From positions 1 through 43,460 of the forward strand of contig JAYTSD010000033.1 in assembly GCA_043745805.1 (NCBI GenBank): a stretch of 43,460 bases of DNA, read 5' to 3'. Shown one piece after another: positions 1 to 8,580 of the stretch. This DNA is from Fibrobacteria bacterium. GTDB lineage: Bacteria; Fibrobacterota; Fibrobacteria; UBA11236. Numbering within the stretch: position 1 is the first letter of the stretch; each line of letters begins with the position of its first letter. The notes beneath the pieces were generated by a model. It did not search any database. It saw nothing but the letters and a program-made list of their open reading frames with translations, and was not told where the DNA came from. The position numbers and the translations under genes are program-made.

Positions 1-1261
1 AGTGATAAAGCGGTTCATTGGATGTTTGCGTAGGCAAAGTCATCCAGCCACCTTCCCAAGCGGCTTTGTCGACGGGATAAGAATCTTCAAGTTCAGTAGC
101 TGGATTTTTAAATACGCCGCGAGGTTCCCATGGTACTAATCCAGCACTACCGACCATGTACAATACAACAGTTCCATAATAATTTGATCTACCTTCAGGC
201 GGGCCATCTAAAAATTCACTGATTTCTATTTCCATACGATCCCCAATTCTAATGGGTCTATTTTCTTTTGAATTAGTGGTAAAGGTTACATGATAAAGTA
301 ATGGAATATTAGCATCAGGTGTCATTCCTGCATTATTGCTATACTCGGCAACGGTATTTATTCCACGATAAAAAACACGGCAAGCGGTGGAGCCTAATTT
401 CCATTGCGTTTTAACATTGACCATGATTTTTGTGCCACCCTTTGCGATTTCATCAATAATTTCAACAGCGACGGTTCTATGTATCCAATAATGACCTAAA
501 TAATGATCATAGATATGAAATTCATCTTCACGAGCATGACGATCGCGACCTCTATCTGCGAAACGAGTGATAACGGATGTTGATGTTTCAGACCTGACAT
601 CGGGTTCCAAGACCGTATTTGAAGCATCAAAAAGCGGTACCCAATTCAATTTTGTAAAATCAATAGTATTAGTGGATCCATCAAGGAATTGATACCCTTG
701 TGTTGTGTAGCCGGATTTGCTGCAAAGAATTGAAGCCGCATTTCCACCCGCTGATTTAGCGAGTGTGGGATCCATTATTTTTGGGGGCGAAACACTTTCA
801 AAAGTCATTCCCTTTCCAGTATTCACAAAACGACCGTGATTGGAAAAGTTTTTACTCGCAATGTTAACAAAATAGATTCCTTGGTCGGCAGGTGAAAAAT
901 CGAGATGTTCACCCAAGGTTATTTTACTTTGGAATACGGTTTTACCTTTTATATCTGTTACCGTAACATTTGCTTTTTCACCGAAAACCAAAGGGATTTG
1001 CACAAGTGAATAAGATTGGGGTTTTAGTTTATTTGTATTGAAAATTGAAGCGACATTAGTAAGCGTTAACGCTCCAGATCCATCGGAAGTTGCTTTTGCT
1101 ATGCCTCCATTTTGTTCGCAAGTAACGCCAGAAATCGGCTTGCTCTGGCCATCCTTAAGAATTATGGTTATATCCGCTAGAGTCAGTTGAACTGTGCAGA
1201 GTGCTACTAAACAGATGCTCGAAAGCAATACGGATAAAGTTTTTCGGAATTTTATTTTCAT
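1..1261 (-). CDS. Secreted di-haem oxidoreductase (DHOR-like) paralogue 1; 5' part only, runs off the window edge
   Basis: Not in the ORF track. Manual translation from ATG 1261 (SD-like GGGGG upstream) is open for 420 codons: MKIKFRKTLSVLLSSICLVALCTVQLTLADITIILKDGQSKPISGV...DRGRDRHAREDEFHIYDHYLGHYWIHRT...GGWMTLPTQTSNEPLYH. It is colinear with the two complete paralogues. The haem motifs would lie outside the window. Confidence 0.9.
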   Translation of the reverse strand, partial: MKIKFRKTLSVLLSSICLVALCTVQLTLADITIILKDGQSKPISGVTCEQNGGIAKATSDGSGALTLTNVASIFNTNKLKPQSYSLVQIPLVFGEKANVTVTDIKGKTVFQSKITLGEHLDFSPADQGIYFVNIASKNFSNHGRFVNTGKGMTFESVSPPKIMDPTLAKSAGGNAASILCSKSGYTTQGYQFLDGSTNTIDFTKLNWVPLFDASNTVLEPDVRSETSTSVITRFADRGRDRHAREDEFHIYDHYLGHYWIHRTVAVEIIDEIAKGGTKIMVNVKTQWKLGSTACRVFYRGINTVAEYSNNAGMTPDANIPLLYHVTFTTNSKENRPIRIGDRMEIEISEFLDGPPEGRSNYYGTVVLYMVGSAGLVPWEPRGVFKNPATELEDSYPVDKAAWEGGWMTLPTQTSNEPLYH

Positions 1262-1359
1262 TCGATACCCCCAAATTTGATATGGAAAATGTTAGGCTTT
1301 AGCCTCGAGTACGAAAAAAATACACCCCAGTATTTTTACAGTGTTCTCATTATGCTCTC

Positions 1360-1423
1360 ATAATAGTCCGTTTTAAATGCCTTGCGTTGCAACCTAGCAG
1401 ATATTCGGGGCGAGATTGACCCT
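1360..1423 (-). promoter_or_regulatory. Putative promoter of paralogue 1: -10 TATTAT plus degenerate palindromic site
   Basis: Minus-strand TATTAT at 1365-1360. GGGGCGAGATTGACCCT (1407-1423) matches the 7320-7336 copy at 12/17 positions. Its centre (1415) lies 50 nt from the first base of the -10, versus 49 nt in the other two copies. Confidence 0.55.
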
Positions 1424-1538
1424 AAAGTTCTTAGGAGGTTTCAACCGAATCGCAGAATAGTAATGAAGTAGCATTTTAATATTAAACATTAATAATCATA
1501 TACCATTTTACAAACAAAAATATTTTTGGATACAGAAC

Positions 1539-1567
1539 AAAAAAAGGTGAGTAAAATACCCACCCTT
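1539..1567 (-). terminator. Intrinsic terminator after paralogue 2
   Basis: Minus strand reads AAGGGTGGGTA-TTT-TACTCACC-TTTTTTT: a stem with one G-U pair followed by a U-tract, about 21 nt past the stop. Identical to 4615-4643. Confidence 0.85.
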
Positions 1568-1588
1568 AATTTCAGAATAAATAAATAA

Positions 1589-4114
1589 TTACAAGGATTT
1601 TAAGAATTTAATAACTGCTGCTTGATCATCAGCCGACAAGGTTTTGAACTTAGTAGTGGAAGCTGCTGCCTCACCACCATGCCATAATATGGCTTCTTTT
1701 AATGTTCTTGCGCGACCATCATGCAAATAGGCTTCACCCCCGCTTACTCCGGCGGTATAGCCGATATTCCAAAGAGGAGCGGTTCGCCATTCTGCACCTG
1801 TGGCATTACCTTCAGGTAAATTATCAGCTAGGCCTGAACCCATATCATGCAAAAGCAAATCCGTATAAGGGTGAATCACTTGATTGCGTAATTCGGTCTT
1901 AGGGTGATAAATACTAGTCGTAAATGTTGATGTATGACAGGCTACGCAACCTGCGTTAGTGAATAGTCCTTCACCTTTTAAAGCAATCGGATCTTTCAAA
2001 TCACGACGAGCACTAATTCCCAAAAGACGCACATAGTCGACCAGATTTTGAAAATTACTATCTGGGATTTCGCTGCCTTTATTCCCACAATTAGTTTGCG
2101 CCGATCCGCAATCAGGGTCAGGATAAATAGAGGTCATAACTCCCATATCCGTATTGAAAGCACCTGCAACTTGATGTGCGACATCTTGTTTACCGGCCTT
2201 CCAACCAAAGCGTCCTAGATGGGGAATGCCTGTATAATCATCGACAATTCGCATTTTACCGGAAATACCGTCGCTATTTGCATCATCCGAATCGGCTAAA
2301 GCTTGAATGGCAGATTCAGGAATAGCTTCCAATAAACCCATACCCACTAATTGCGGCGTAATACGTGCGGAAAATTGTGCAGGAATGTTGCTACCGGAAA
2401 AAAGAAAATTCGGTTTACGTAACCCGTCGGTTTCGGTCCAGCTATGCAACACCACCGAACCTTCTGGAGTTCCGCCAACGCTCCTAGGTTGTAATACAGC
2501 CCCCAATTGAGGATGTGGATTACCATTACTATCGCCAATTTTCACCACGTAACGTGTAAGTACTGAGTCTAATCCTGGAGGTAACGCTCTTCCATTTTGC
2601 ACATGGCAAGCGGTGCAACGTTGATTAACATAATTGACACCAGCTTTACCAACCATAGGCGTGAAAATAGGATTGTCAGTTGATTCATCATGTTCACCGG
2701 TTATAAAACTGGTATGGTGTACGCGACGACCTTTGACAAATACTTGTGCATTTATGGGAGCCATATTGGGAGCCATTTCAATAAATACACCTTCAGGTTC
2801 ATTGGAGTATTGATAAGGCAGAGTCATGGTTCCACCCGACCAACCAACTTTTGGTATCGGATAAGAATCGTCTCTTTCCGAAGCGATGTCTTCAGGAGAA
2901 GCTTTTACCATGTCAGTCGGTTCAATATAGATGCCATGTCCTTCCCAAGGGCTAAAACCACCGCTTCCAACATTGTACAGCATAACTGTACCATAGTAGT
3001 GGGCACGGCCTAGTAGCGGAGGATAATTTGGGGGTGCGGCATCCAAGAACTGGCTAACCTCAATTTCCATTTTGTCGCCTGGTTTCAAATCACGGTGCGA
3101 AAGCTTTCCAGTGGATCTATCTACCGAACCGAACTGAGTAAATACGCCTGTATAATGCAATTGATCATTCGGATCTGGGCTAATGTGAAAATTCTCTATG
3201 TATTGTCCAGGTGTAAGTATTCCTAAATAAAAGGCACGAAATTCAGCTTCATTTTTATCTAAAGGCCATTGTGTTCGCACATCAACCACGATTTTGCTTT
3301 TACCTTTAGTGGTGTAATCAATTAACTTGATGGTGGCTGTACGATGCTCCCAGTAGTGGGGAAGATAATGATCGTATAGGTGAAACTTAGCTTCGCGAGC
3401 ATGGCGGTCACGTGCGCGATCGGACCAATAGGTTATTGTTGCGGTGTCCGTTTCTACGATAGTTGCGGGTTCTAATTGTGTGGACGCGTCGAATAAAGGA
3501 ACAATTGTCAGCTTGGTAAAATCGACAGTGTTTGTACTGCCATCTACAAATTGATACGCTTGGGTTGAATATCCTGTCTTGCTACAAATAACTGACGCAG
3601 CTAGGGCGGAAGTTTTGGCGAGTCGCATTGAGTTAGGTGTTTGTACCGTTTCAAAAGATATTCCATTACTGGTATTTACTACTCGTCCATGATTGGAATA
3701 ATTTCGGCTGGAAATATTTACGAAATAAATCCCTTGATTCTTCTGTGCTAATTCCACGTGTTCACCTAAAGTAACCTGGCGACTCATAATCACTTTTCCA
3801 CTTACATCCGTTATGGTTAAATTGGCCTTCTCACCGTACGATAAAGGAATTTGTGAAATTGAAAAATTGTTTTGATTAGGTTGTTGAGAATTGAATATCG
3901 AAGTCACATTGGTAATAGTCAATGAGCCATTCGCATCGGAAGTGGCCGCATTGTTCATCCCATATTGCGAGCAATTTACGCCTGGAATAGCCTGACCTTG
4001 ACCATTTTTCAAAATAACCGTAAGACTTGACCAACTCCAAGTAGCCGCTAATGCGGTTAGGAGAACGGTATTTTTCCATTGTTTAGATGAGCATTTACCT
4101 TTGATTGAATTCAA
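1589..4114 (-). CDS. Secreted di-haem oxidoreductase (DHOR-like, putative peroxidase) paralogue 2
   Basis: Two CxxCH motifs (CTACH, CVACH), plus GRFGWKA, PYTDLLLHDMG, WRTAPLW and YLHDGRARTL, and a Sec-type signal (TVLLTALAATWSWS). The start is placed at TTG 4114 (GAGGT 4 nt upstream) by homology with paralogue 3. TTG 4144 also has a GGAGG and remains possible. Confidence 0.9.
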   Translation of the reverse strand: MNSIKGKCSSKQWKNTVLLTALAATWSWSSLTVILKNGQGQAIPGVNCSQYGMNNAATSDANGSLTITNVTSIFNSQQPNQNNFSISQIPLSYGEKANLTITDVSGKVIMSRQVTLGEHVELAQKNQGIYFVNISSRNYSNHGRVVNTSNGISFETVQTPNSMRLAKTSALAASVICSKTGYSTQAYQFVDGSTNTVDFTKLTIVPLFDASTQLEPATIVETDTATITYWSDRARDRHAREAKFHLYDHYLPHYWEHRTATIKLIDYTTKGKSKIVVDVRTQWPLDKNEAEFRAFYLGILTPGQYIENFHISPDPNDQLHYTGVFTQFGSVDRSTGKLSHRDLKPGDKMEIEVSQFLDAAPPNYPPLLGRAHYYGTVMLYNVGSGGFSPWEGHGIYIEPTDMVKASPEDIASERDDSYPIPKVGWSGGTMTLPYQYSNEPEGVFIEMAPNMAPINAQVFVKGRRVHHTSFITGEHDESTDNPIFTPMVGKAGVNYVNQRCTACHVQNGRALPPGLDSVLTRYVVKIGDSNGNPHPQLGAVLQPRSVGGTPEGSVVLHSWTETDGLRKPNFLFSGSNIPAQFSARITPQLVGMGLLEAIPESAIQALADSDDANSDGISGKMRIVDDYTGIPHLGRFGWKAGKQDVAHQVAGAFNTDMGVMTSIYPDPDCGSAQTNCGNKGSEIPDSNFQNLVDYVRLLGISARRDLKDPIALKGEGLFTNAGCVACHTSTFTTSIYHPKTELRNQVIHPYTDLLLHDMGSGLADNLPEGNATGAEWRTAPLWNIGYTAGVSGGEAYLHDGRARTLKEAILWHGGEAAASTTKFKTLSADDQAAVIKFLKSL

Positions 4115-4188
4115 GCGTACCTCTTTTTTAAAACTAAATCGCAAGGCCCGGCCTCCAAGCGGGAAAATATATCCGGTCCGGTGAATCT

Positions 4189-4258
4189 ATAATAAGCCCA
4201 AAAACTAAGATAGCAAGTGAATCAAAATATTTATGAGGTCAAAATGACCTTGTGGGCA
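4189..4258 (-). promoter_or_regulatory. Putative promoter of paralogue 2 with palindromic operator AGGTCA-AAA-TGACCT
   Basis: -10 TATTAT at 4194-4189 and TTGCTA 16 nt upstream. A perfect inverted repeat at 4236-4250 sits inside a 35-nt block (4224-4258) that is 32/35 identical to 7309-7343. Confidence 0.7.
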
Positions 4259-4612
4259 AAAATAAGTGATAATAGTTAAAAATTAAGTAAAAACATCGCT
4301 TTGTTTACCGTATTATTTAACTTGATTTACAAAATTATAGAGTAAAATTTTGCTTTAAAAAGATTATTTTCTGGCAGTTTACAGCTAGATAGGAAGACAT
4401 TTAGTGGGCATTATATAATAACATTATCTATTTTAATATTTTTATCCCTGATAAAATAGTGCATAAATCATATTATTTTGAGGAAAAAAAACGCAAAAAA
4501 ACAATCTATAAATTTTATGGCATGAAAATTGATTAATATTGTATGGTGTGAACAACACGATGGGTATTGTTTTTGTGAGTGGCGGGTAACGAGCAATTAA
4601 TTTTTGAGGAAT

Positions 4613-4644
4613 AAAAAAAAAGGTGAGTAAAATACCCACCCTTT
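4613..4644 (-). terminator. Intrinsic terminator after paralogue 3
   Basis: Same hairpin as 1539-1567 followed by a 9-U tract, about 23 nt after the stop at 4667. Confidence 0.85.
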
Positions 4645-4666
4645 AAAATTCAAATTTGAAAGCTGG

Positions 4667-7198
4667 TTAAAGCGATTTCAAGAATTTAATTATCGCCGCT
4701 TGTTCCCCCGAGGACATAGCTTTGAATTTATTAGTAGACGCATCCGCTTCTCCACCATGCCATAAAATAGCTTCAGTTAAAGTTCGTGCACGACCATCAT
4801 GCAAATAAGCTTCGCCTCCACTTACCCCAGCAGTTAAGCCAATTCCCCAAAGAGGAGATGTGCGCCATTCTGCTCCTGAGGCACCGAGTTCAGGTAAGTT
4901 ATCCGCAAGGCCGGGTCCCATATCATGTAATAATAAATCGGTATAAGGATGGATGACCTGATTACGTAATTCTTGTTTTGGATGGTAAGCTGTAGTAGTA
5001 AATGTAGTAGTATGACAAGCTACGCAACCAGCACTGGTGAATAAATTTTCTCCTTGAAGAGCAACGGGATCGCTTAAGTCACGACGGGCAGGGACACCCA
5101 ATAGGCTGATATAGTCAACTAAATTTTGAAAATTGCTGTCTGCTACTTCACTTCCCGAAGTGCCGCAATTAGTTTGCGCAGATCCGCAATCTGGATTTGG
5201 ATATACTGAAGTCATAACACCCATATCGGAATTGAGCGCACCAGCGACTTGTTGTTTAACACTTGGTTTACCGGCCTTCCAGCCGAAGCGACCCAAGTGC
5301 ATGGCGCCTGTATAATAATCTGGAGAAAGTTGCATTCTTCCAGAAATTCCATCGCTATTAACATCTGCCGAATCCGCCAACGCTTGTATAGCCGATTCAG
5401 GAATGGCATCCAATAAACCTAATCCCACTAATTGTGGAGAAATGCGTGCAGAATATTGTGTCGGAATTGCGCTTCCTGAAAAAACAAAATTTGGCTTGCG
5501 TAACCCATTGGTTTCGGTCCAGCTATGAATGACTACGGATCCTTCTGGGTTACCACCAATTCTCTGAGGTTGTAGGGACCCACCTAAAAGCGGATGCGGG
5601 TTTCCATTGCCATCGCCAACTTTTACCACGTAACGTGTGAGTACCGAATCTAAACCAGGAGGCAAGGCTCTACCATTTAAATTATGGCAGCCGGTGCAAC
5701 GTTGATTAATATAATTAACGCCAGATTTTCCCACAAAATCTTTAAAGACGGGATTATCCGAGGATTCATCATGTGTCCCATCGATAAAGCTCGAATGATG
5801 TACACGGCGACCCTTCACAAATACTTGACCATTTTTACTAGCCATATTGGGCGCCATTTCAATAAATACACCTTGAGGTTCGTTGGAGTACTGATAGGGA
5901 AGAGTCATAGTACCTCCCGACCAACCCGCCTTCGGAATAGGATAGGAATCGCCTCTTTCCGAAGCAATATCTGCAGGTGAAGCTGTTGCCATATCGGCTG
6001 GTTCAATATAAACGCCATGTTCTTCCCATGGACTGAACCCACCAGGACCAATATTATAAAGCATTATTGTTCCGTAATAGCGAGGTCGGCCCACTAAGGT
6101 ATCATGATTAGCCGGTTTAGGTTCTAAAAATTGGCTAACTTCAATTTCCATTTTATCGCCAGGTTTAAGATCGCGGAAGGTGTACTTTTTGGTTACCCTA
6201 TCGACAGAAACATGCTGGGTGAAAACCTGTGTATAGTGCAATGGATCATTTGGATCCGGAGTCATATGGGTGTTTTCAAGATATTCCGCGGGTGTATTTA
6301 TACCCAAGTAAAAGGCTCGAAATTCTTCTGCTCCTTTTTGTAAAGGCCATTCTGTTCGCACATCAATGAAGATTTTGCTTTTTCCTTTAGTAGTAAAATC
6401 AATAATGTTAATTCTTGCTGTTCGATGTTCCCAGTAATGCGGAAGATAATGATCATAGGCATGAAATTTTGCTTCACGGCCATGCCTATCGCGTGCACGA
6501 TCTACCCAATGGGTGATTGTAGCTGAATCCGTTTCTTCAATTAAGGCAGGTTCTAATTGAGTGGCGGCATCATATAGAGGAACAATAGTGAGTTTAGTAA
6601 AATCAATGGTGTTGGTGGATCCGTCCAGCAATTGATACCCCTGAGTAGTATAGCCGGTTTTGCTGCAAATAATTGAAGCCGAGTTCGCACCTGAGGTTTT
6701 GGCTAAGGTAACACCTGCTAGATTATTAACTGGCACCGTTTCAAAAACTAAGCCATTACCTGTATAGACAATACGTCCCTGAGCTGAATAATTGCGACTG
6801 GAAATGTTGACAAAATAAATTCCAGAATTTTTATAAGCAAACTCAATGCGTTGACCTAAAGATACCTGTCTTTGGACGAGTACTTTTCCTTTTATATCCA
6901 TTATTTTAAAATTGGCAGTTTCGCCAGAGGCCAAGGGAATTTGAGAAAGCGAATAATTTGAATAAGTGTTTTTATGGGAATTAAAGATAGAGGAGGGGGC
7001 TAGGGTTAAAGTTCCACTTACATCGGTAATGGCAGGCGTTCCACCGTATTGTGAGCAGCTCACCCCTGGAATCGGTTGGCCTTGGCCATTTTTCATTATT
7101 ATCGTGAGACTGGACCAGCTCCAAGTCGCCGCCATTGCGGTTAGGAGGATGGTATGCTTCCATTGCTTCACTAAGCTCTTATCCATTTTTGTATTCAA
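4667..7198 (-). CDS. Secreted di-haem oxidoreductase (DHOR-like, putative peroxidase) paralogue 3
   Basis: CTGCH and CVACH haem motifs, GRFGWKA, WRTSPLWG, YLHDGRARTL, and signal TILLTAMAATWSWS. Start moved from ATG 7285, which overlaps the predicted -10, to TTG 7198 (GGGGGGT upstream). ATG 7186 is also possible. Confidence 0.9.
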   Translation of the reverse strand: MNTKMDKSLVKQWKHTILLTAMAATWSWSSLTIIMKNGQGQPIPGVSCSQYGGTPAITDVSGTLTLAPSSIFNSHKNTYSNYSLSQIPLASGETANFKIMDIKGKVLVQRQVSLGQRIEFAYKNSGIYFVNISSRNYSAQGRIVYTGNGLVFETVPVNNLAGVTLAKTSGANSASIICSKTGYTTQGYQLLDGSTNTIDFTKLTIVPLYDAATQLEPALIEETDSATITHWVDRARDRHGREAKFHAYDHYLPHYWEHRTARINIIDFTTKGKSKIFIDVRTEWPLQKGAEEFRAFYLGINTPAEYLENTHMTPDPNDPLHYTQVFTQHVSVDRVTKKYTFRDLKPGDKMEIEVSQFLEPKPANHDTLVGRPRYYGTIMLYNIGPGGFSPWEEHGVYIEPADMATASPADIASERGDSYPIPKAGWSGGTMTLPYQYSNEPQGVFIEMAPNMASKNGQVFVKGRRVHHSSFIDGTHDESSDNPVFKDFVGKSGVNYINQRCTGCHNLNGRALPPGLDSVLTRYVVKVGDGNGNPHPLLGGSLQPQRIGGNPEGSVVIHSWTETNGLRKPNFVFSGSAIPTQYSARISPQLVGLGLLDAIPESAIQALADSADVNSDGISGRMQLSPDYYTGAMHLGRFGWKAGKPSVKQQVAGALNSDMGVMTSVYPNPDCGSAQTNCGTSGSEVADSNFQNLVDYISLLGVPARRDLSDPVALQGENLFTSAGCVACHTTTFTTTAYHPKQELRNQVIHPYTDLLLHDMGPGLADNLPELGASGAEWRTSPLWGIGLTAGVSGGEAYLHDGRARTLTEAILWHGGEADASTNKFKAMSSGEQAAIIKFLKSL

Positions 7199-7273
7199 AA
7201 TACCCCCCTGAGTTTTAAACATATTGCATGAGTTTGGATCCTCAGCGCGAATTAAATCATATCCGATAAACCT

Positions 7274-7343
7274 ATTATAGGCCATAGTTAAAAAGACGCA
7301 TGGGAATTAAAATATTTATGGGGCCAATATGACCTTGTGGGCA
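7274..7343 (-). promoter_or_regulatory. Putative promoter of paralogue 3: consensus -10 TATAAT and operator GGGCCA-ATA-TGACCT
   Basis: TATAAT at 7279-7274 with a weak -35. The conserved 35-nt block is at 7309-7343 and the dyad centre (7328) has the same spacing to the -10 as in paralogue 2. Confidence 0.7.
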
Positions 7344-7689
7344 TATTTTATTTAATTAAATGAATCCTGCGCTATAAACGGGCGGTAAAACTTGCTTCCT
7401 TTCACTTTCAATATCCTGAGTACTCAGATAAAATAATGGTATGATTGTTTAAATTTTATGGCTTAAATTTCTTTAAAATCGTTATTTTTTTAAATAACGA
7501 TTTCGGTTTGTCTACCTTATTATAGTGGGCAAAAAATATGCAAAGATACCCATTTTTAATATGGGTTCTAAGTAAAGCAATGAAGCCGATTATCGAAAAA
7601 TCAATAAATTTAACAGGCATATATATAGTGTTCTCTAAATAAAAATTAGTTGGCATGAATTTTGTTTGGTGGGCCATTTTGGTTAGGTA

Positions 7690-8520
7690 TTAAGGTGCGG
7701 TCATAACTTTTGGATTCGCATCTAAAAAAATTGCATACCAATCAGGTCGATAAATATCGGGACATGACTTTGGAACCTCAGAAAAGGTGAAGGTTTTATG
7801 TGTCGTATCACTACTAGTATAAATAATTTCCAGATTAGTATTTTCGGAGATTGTTACTACTTCATGCGAAATGTTTCCCACTAGTTGTACTGTATTATGA
7901 TCAACTTTGGTAACTGTTCCATGAAATTTTGCAGCATTAAAATCCATGATAAAACGTTCTGCAAAAATTGGAGCTCTTAGATAATACGAGTCCGACTTTG
8001 TTGCGGTAAAGACAATAGTTATTATCGCTCCATTTAGGACTTTATTATTTAGAAGGGAAATGGATTTATCTGCACTAATTTTATCTGCGGAATCAAGACT
8101 ACCGTTCAATATTACATAGTCTTCATGCGTAAAAATCCAAGTGCCAAGTAAGGTAGTACCTCCGCCTTGTCGATTATAGGTGTTGGTGAATTTTACATTA
8201 GCCAAAGAAGATGGGTAAAATTTTGAATAAGATATACTGAAGATATTTTTTGAAACTAAATATTGGACTGTATCGGTAATAACCTCACTACTTTCCTTTT
8301 GTGATTTTAATGTATTTCCGTCACAGTAAGTGTAAAAGTGAGTGTTTGGTAATGATGTGAGTATTAGTATACTATCTTTAATTATGTATGTAGCGCTGCC
8401 ATCCAACCTCCCTGCTGGTGGACTTGCGGCATCGATATTACCGCTAGTTATGCAACTAAAGTGTGAAAATACAGCACTCAAAACAAATAGGGCTGTAAGG
8501 TAGCGAAGTTGAATTTTCAT
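7690..8520 (-). CDS. Hypothetical lipoprotein, beta-rich
   Basis: 276-aa ORF with SD AAGGA. Basic N-terminus and hydrophobic stretch end in FSC (lipobox-like). No family recognised. Confidence 0.7.
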   Translation of the reverse strand: MKIQLRYLTALFVLSAVFSHFSCITSGNIDAASPPAGRLDGSATYIIKDSILILTSLPNTHFYTYCDGNTLKSQKESSEVITDTVQYLVSKNIFSISYSKFYPSSLANVKFTNTYNRQGGGTTLLGTWIFTHEDYVILNGSLDSADKISADKSISLLNNKVLNGAIITIVFTATKSDSYYLRAPIFAERFIMDFNAAKFHGTVTKVDHNTVQLVGNISHEVVTISENTNLEIIYTSSDTTHKTFTFSEVPKSCPDIYRPDWYAIFLDANPKVMTAP

Positions 8521-8580
8521 AGTAAATCCTTTTTCAAAAAACTAGCTAGACGACCTTATAAAAGTAGTTAAATATTACTC

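Noticed and set aside
4189-4258. Riboswitch interpretation of the conserved upstream block
   Set aside because: It lies upstream of the predicted -10 so would not be transcribed, and the substitutions between copies are not compensatory.
4404-4410. Extra GTGGGCA heptamers (4404-4410, 7525-7531) echoing the end of the 35-nt block
   Set aside because: Too short, and spacing differs (152 vs 188 nt); could be chance.
4442-4639. 65-aa ORF between paralogues
   Set aside because: It starts inside the terminator hairpin, has no SD, has low-complexity AT-rich codons and has no counterpart in the other spacer.
7199-7285. Track start ATG 7285 for paralogue 3
   Set aside because: The extension overlaps the predicted -10 and would put the signal peptide ~45 aa in; homology favours TTG 7198.
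1539-7343. Repeated 29-35-nt blocks as CRISPR repeats or IS ends
   Set aside because: Copies are ~3 kb apart at equivalent positions around paralogous genes; there are no spacers, cas genes, transposase or target duplications.
7416-7427. Perfect 12-bp palindrome CTGAGTACTCAG
   Set aside because: Single occurrence with no equivalent upstream of the other paralogues.
7456-7677. 73-aa ORF upstream of paralogue 3
   Set aside because: AT-rich with no SD or motif; cannot be supported, though not strictly excluded.
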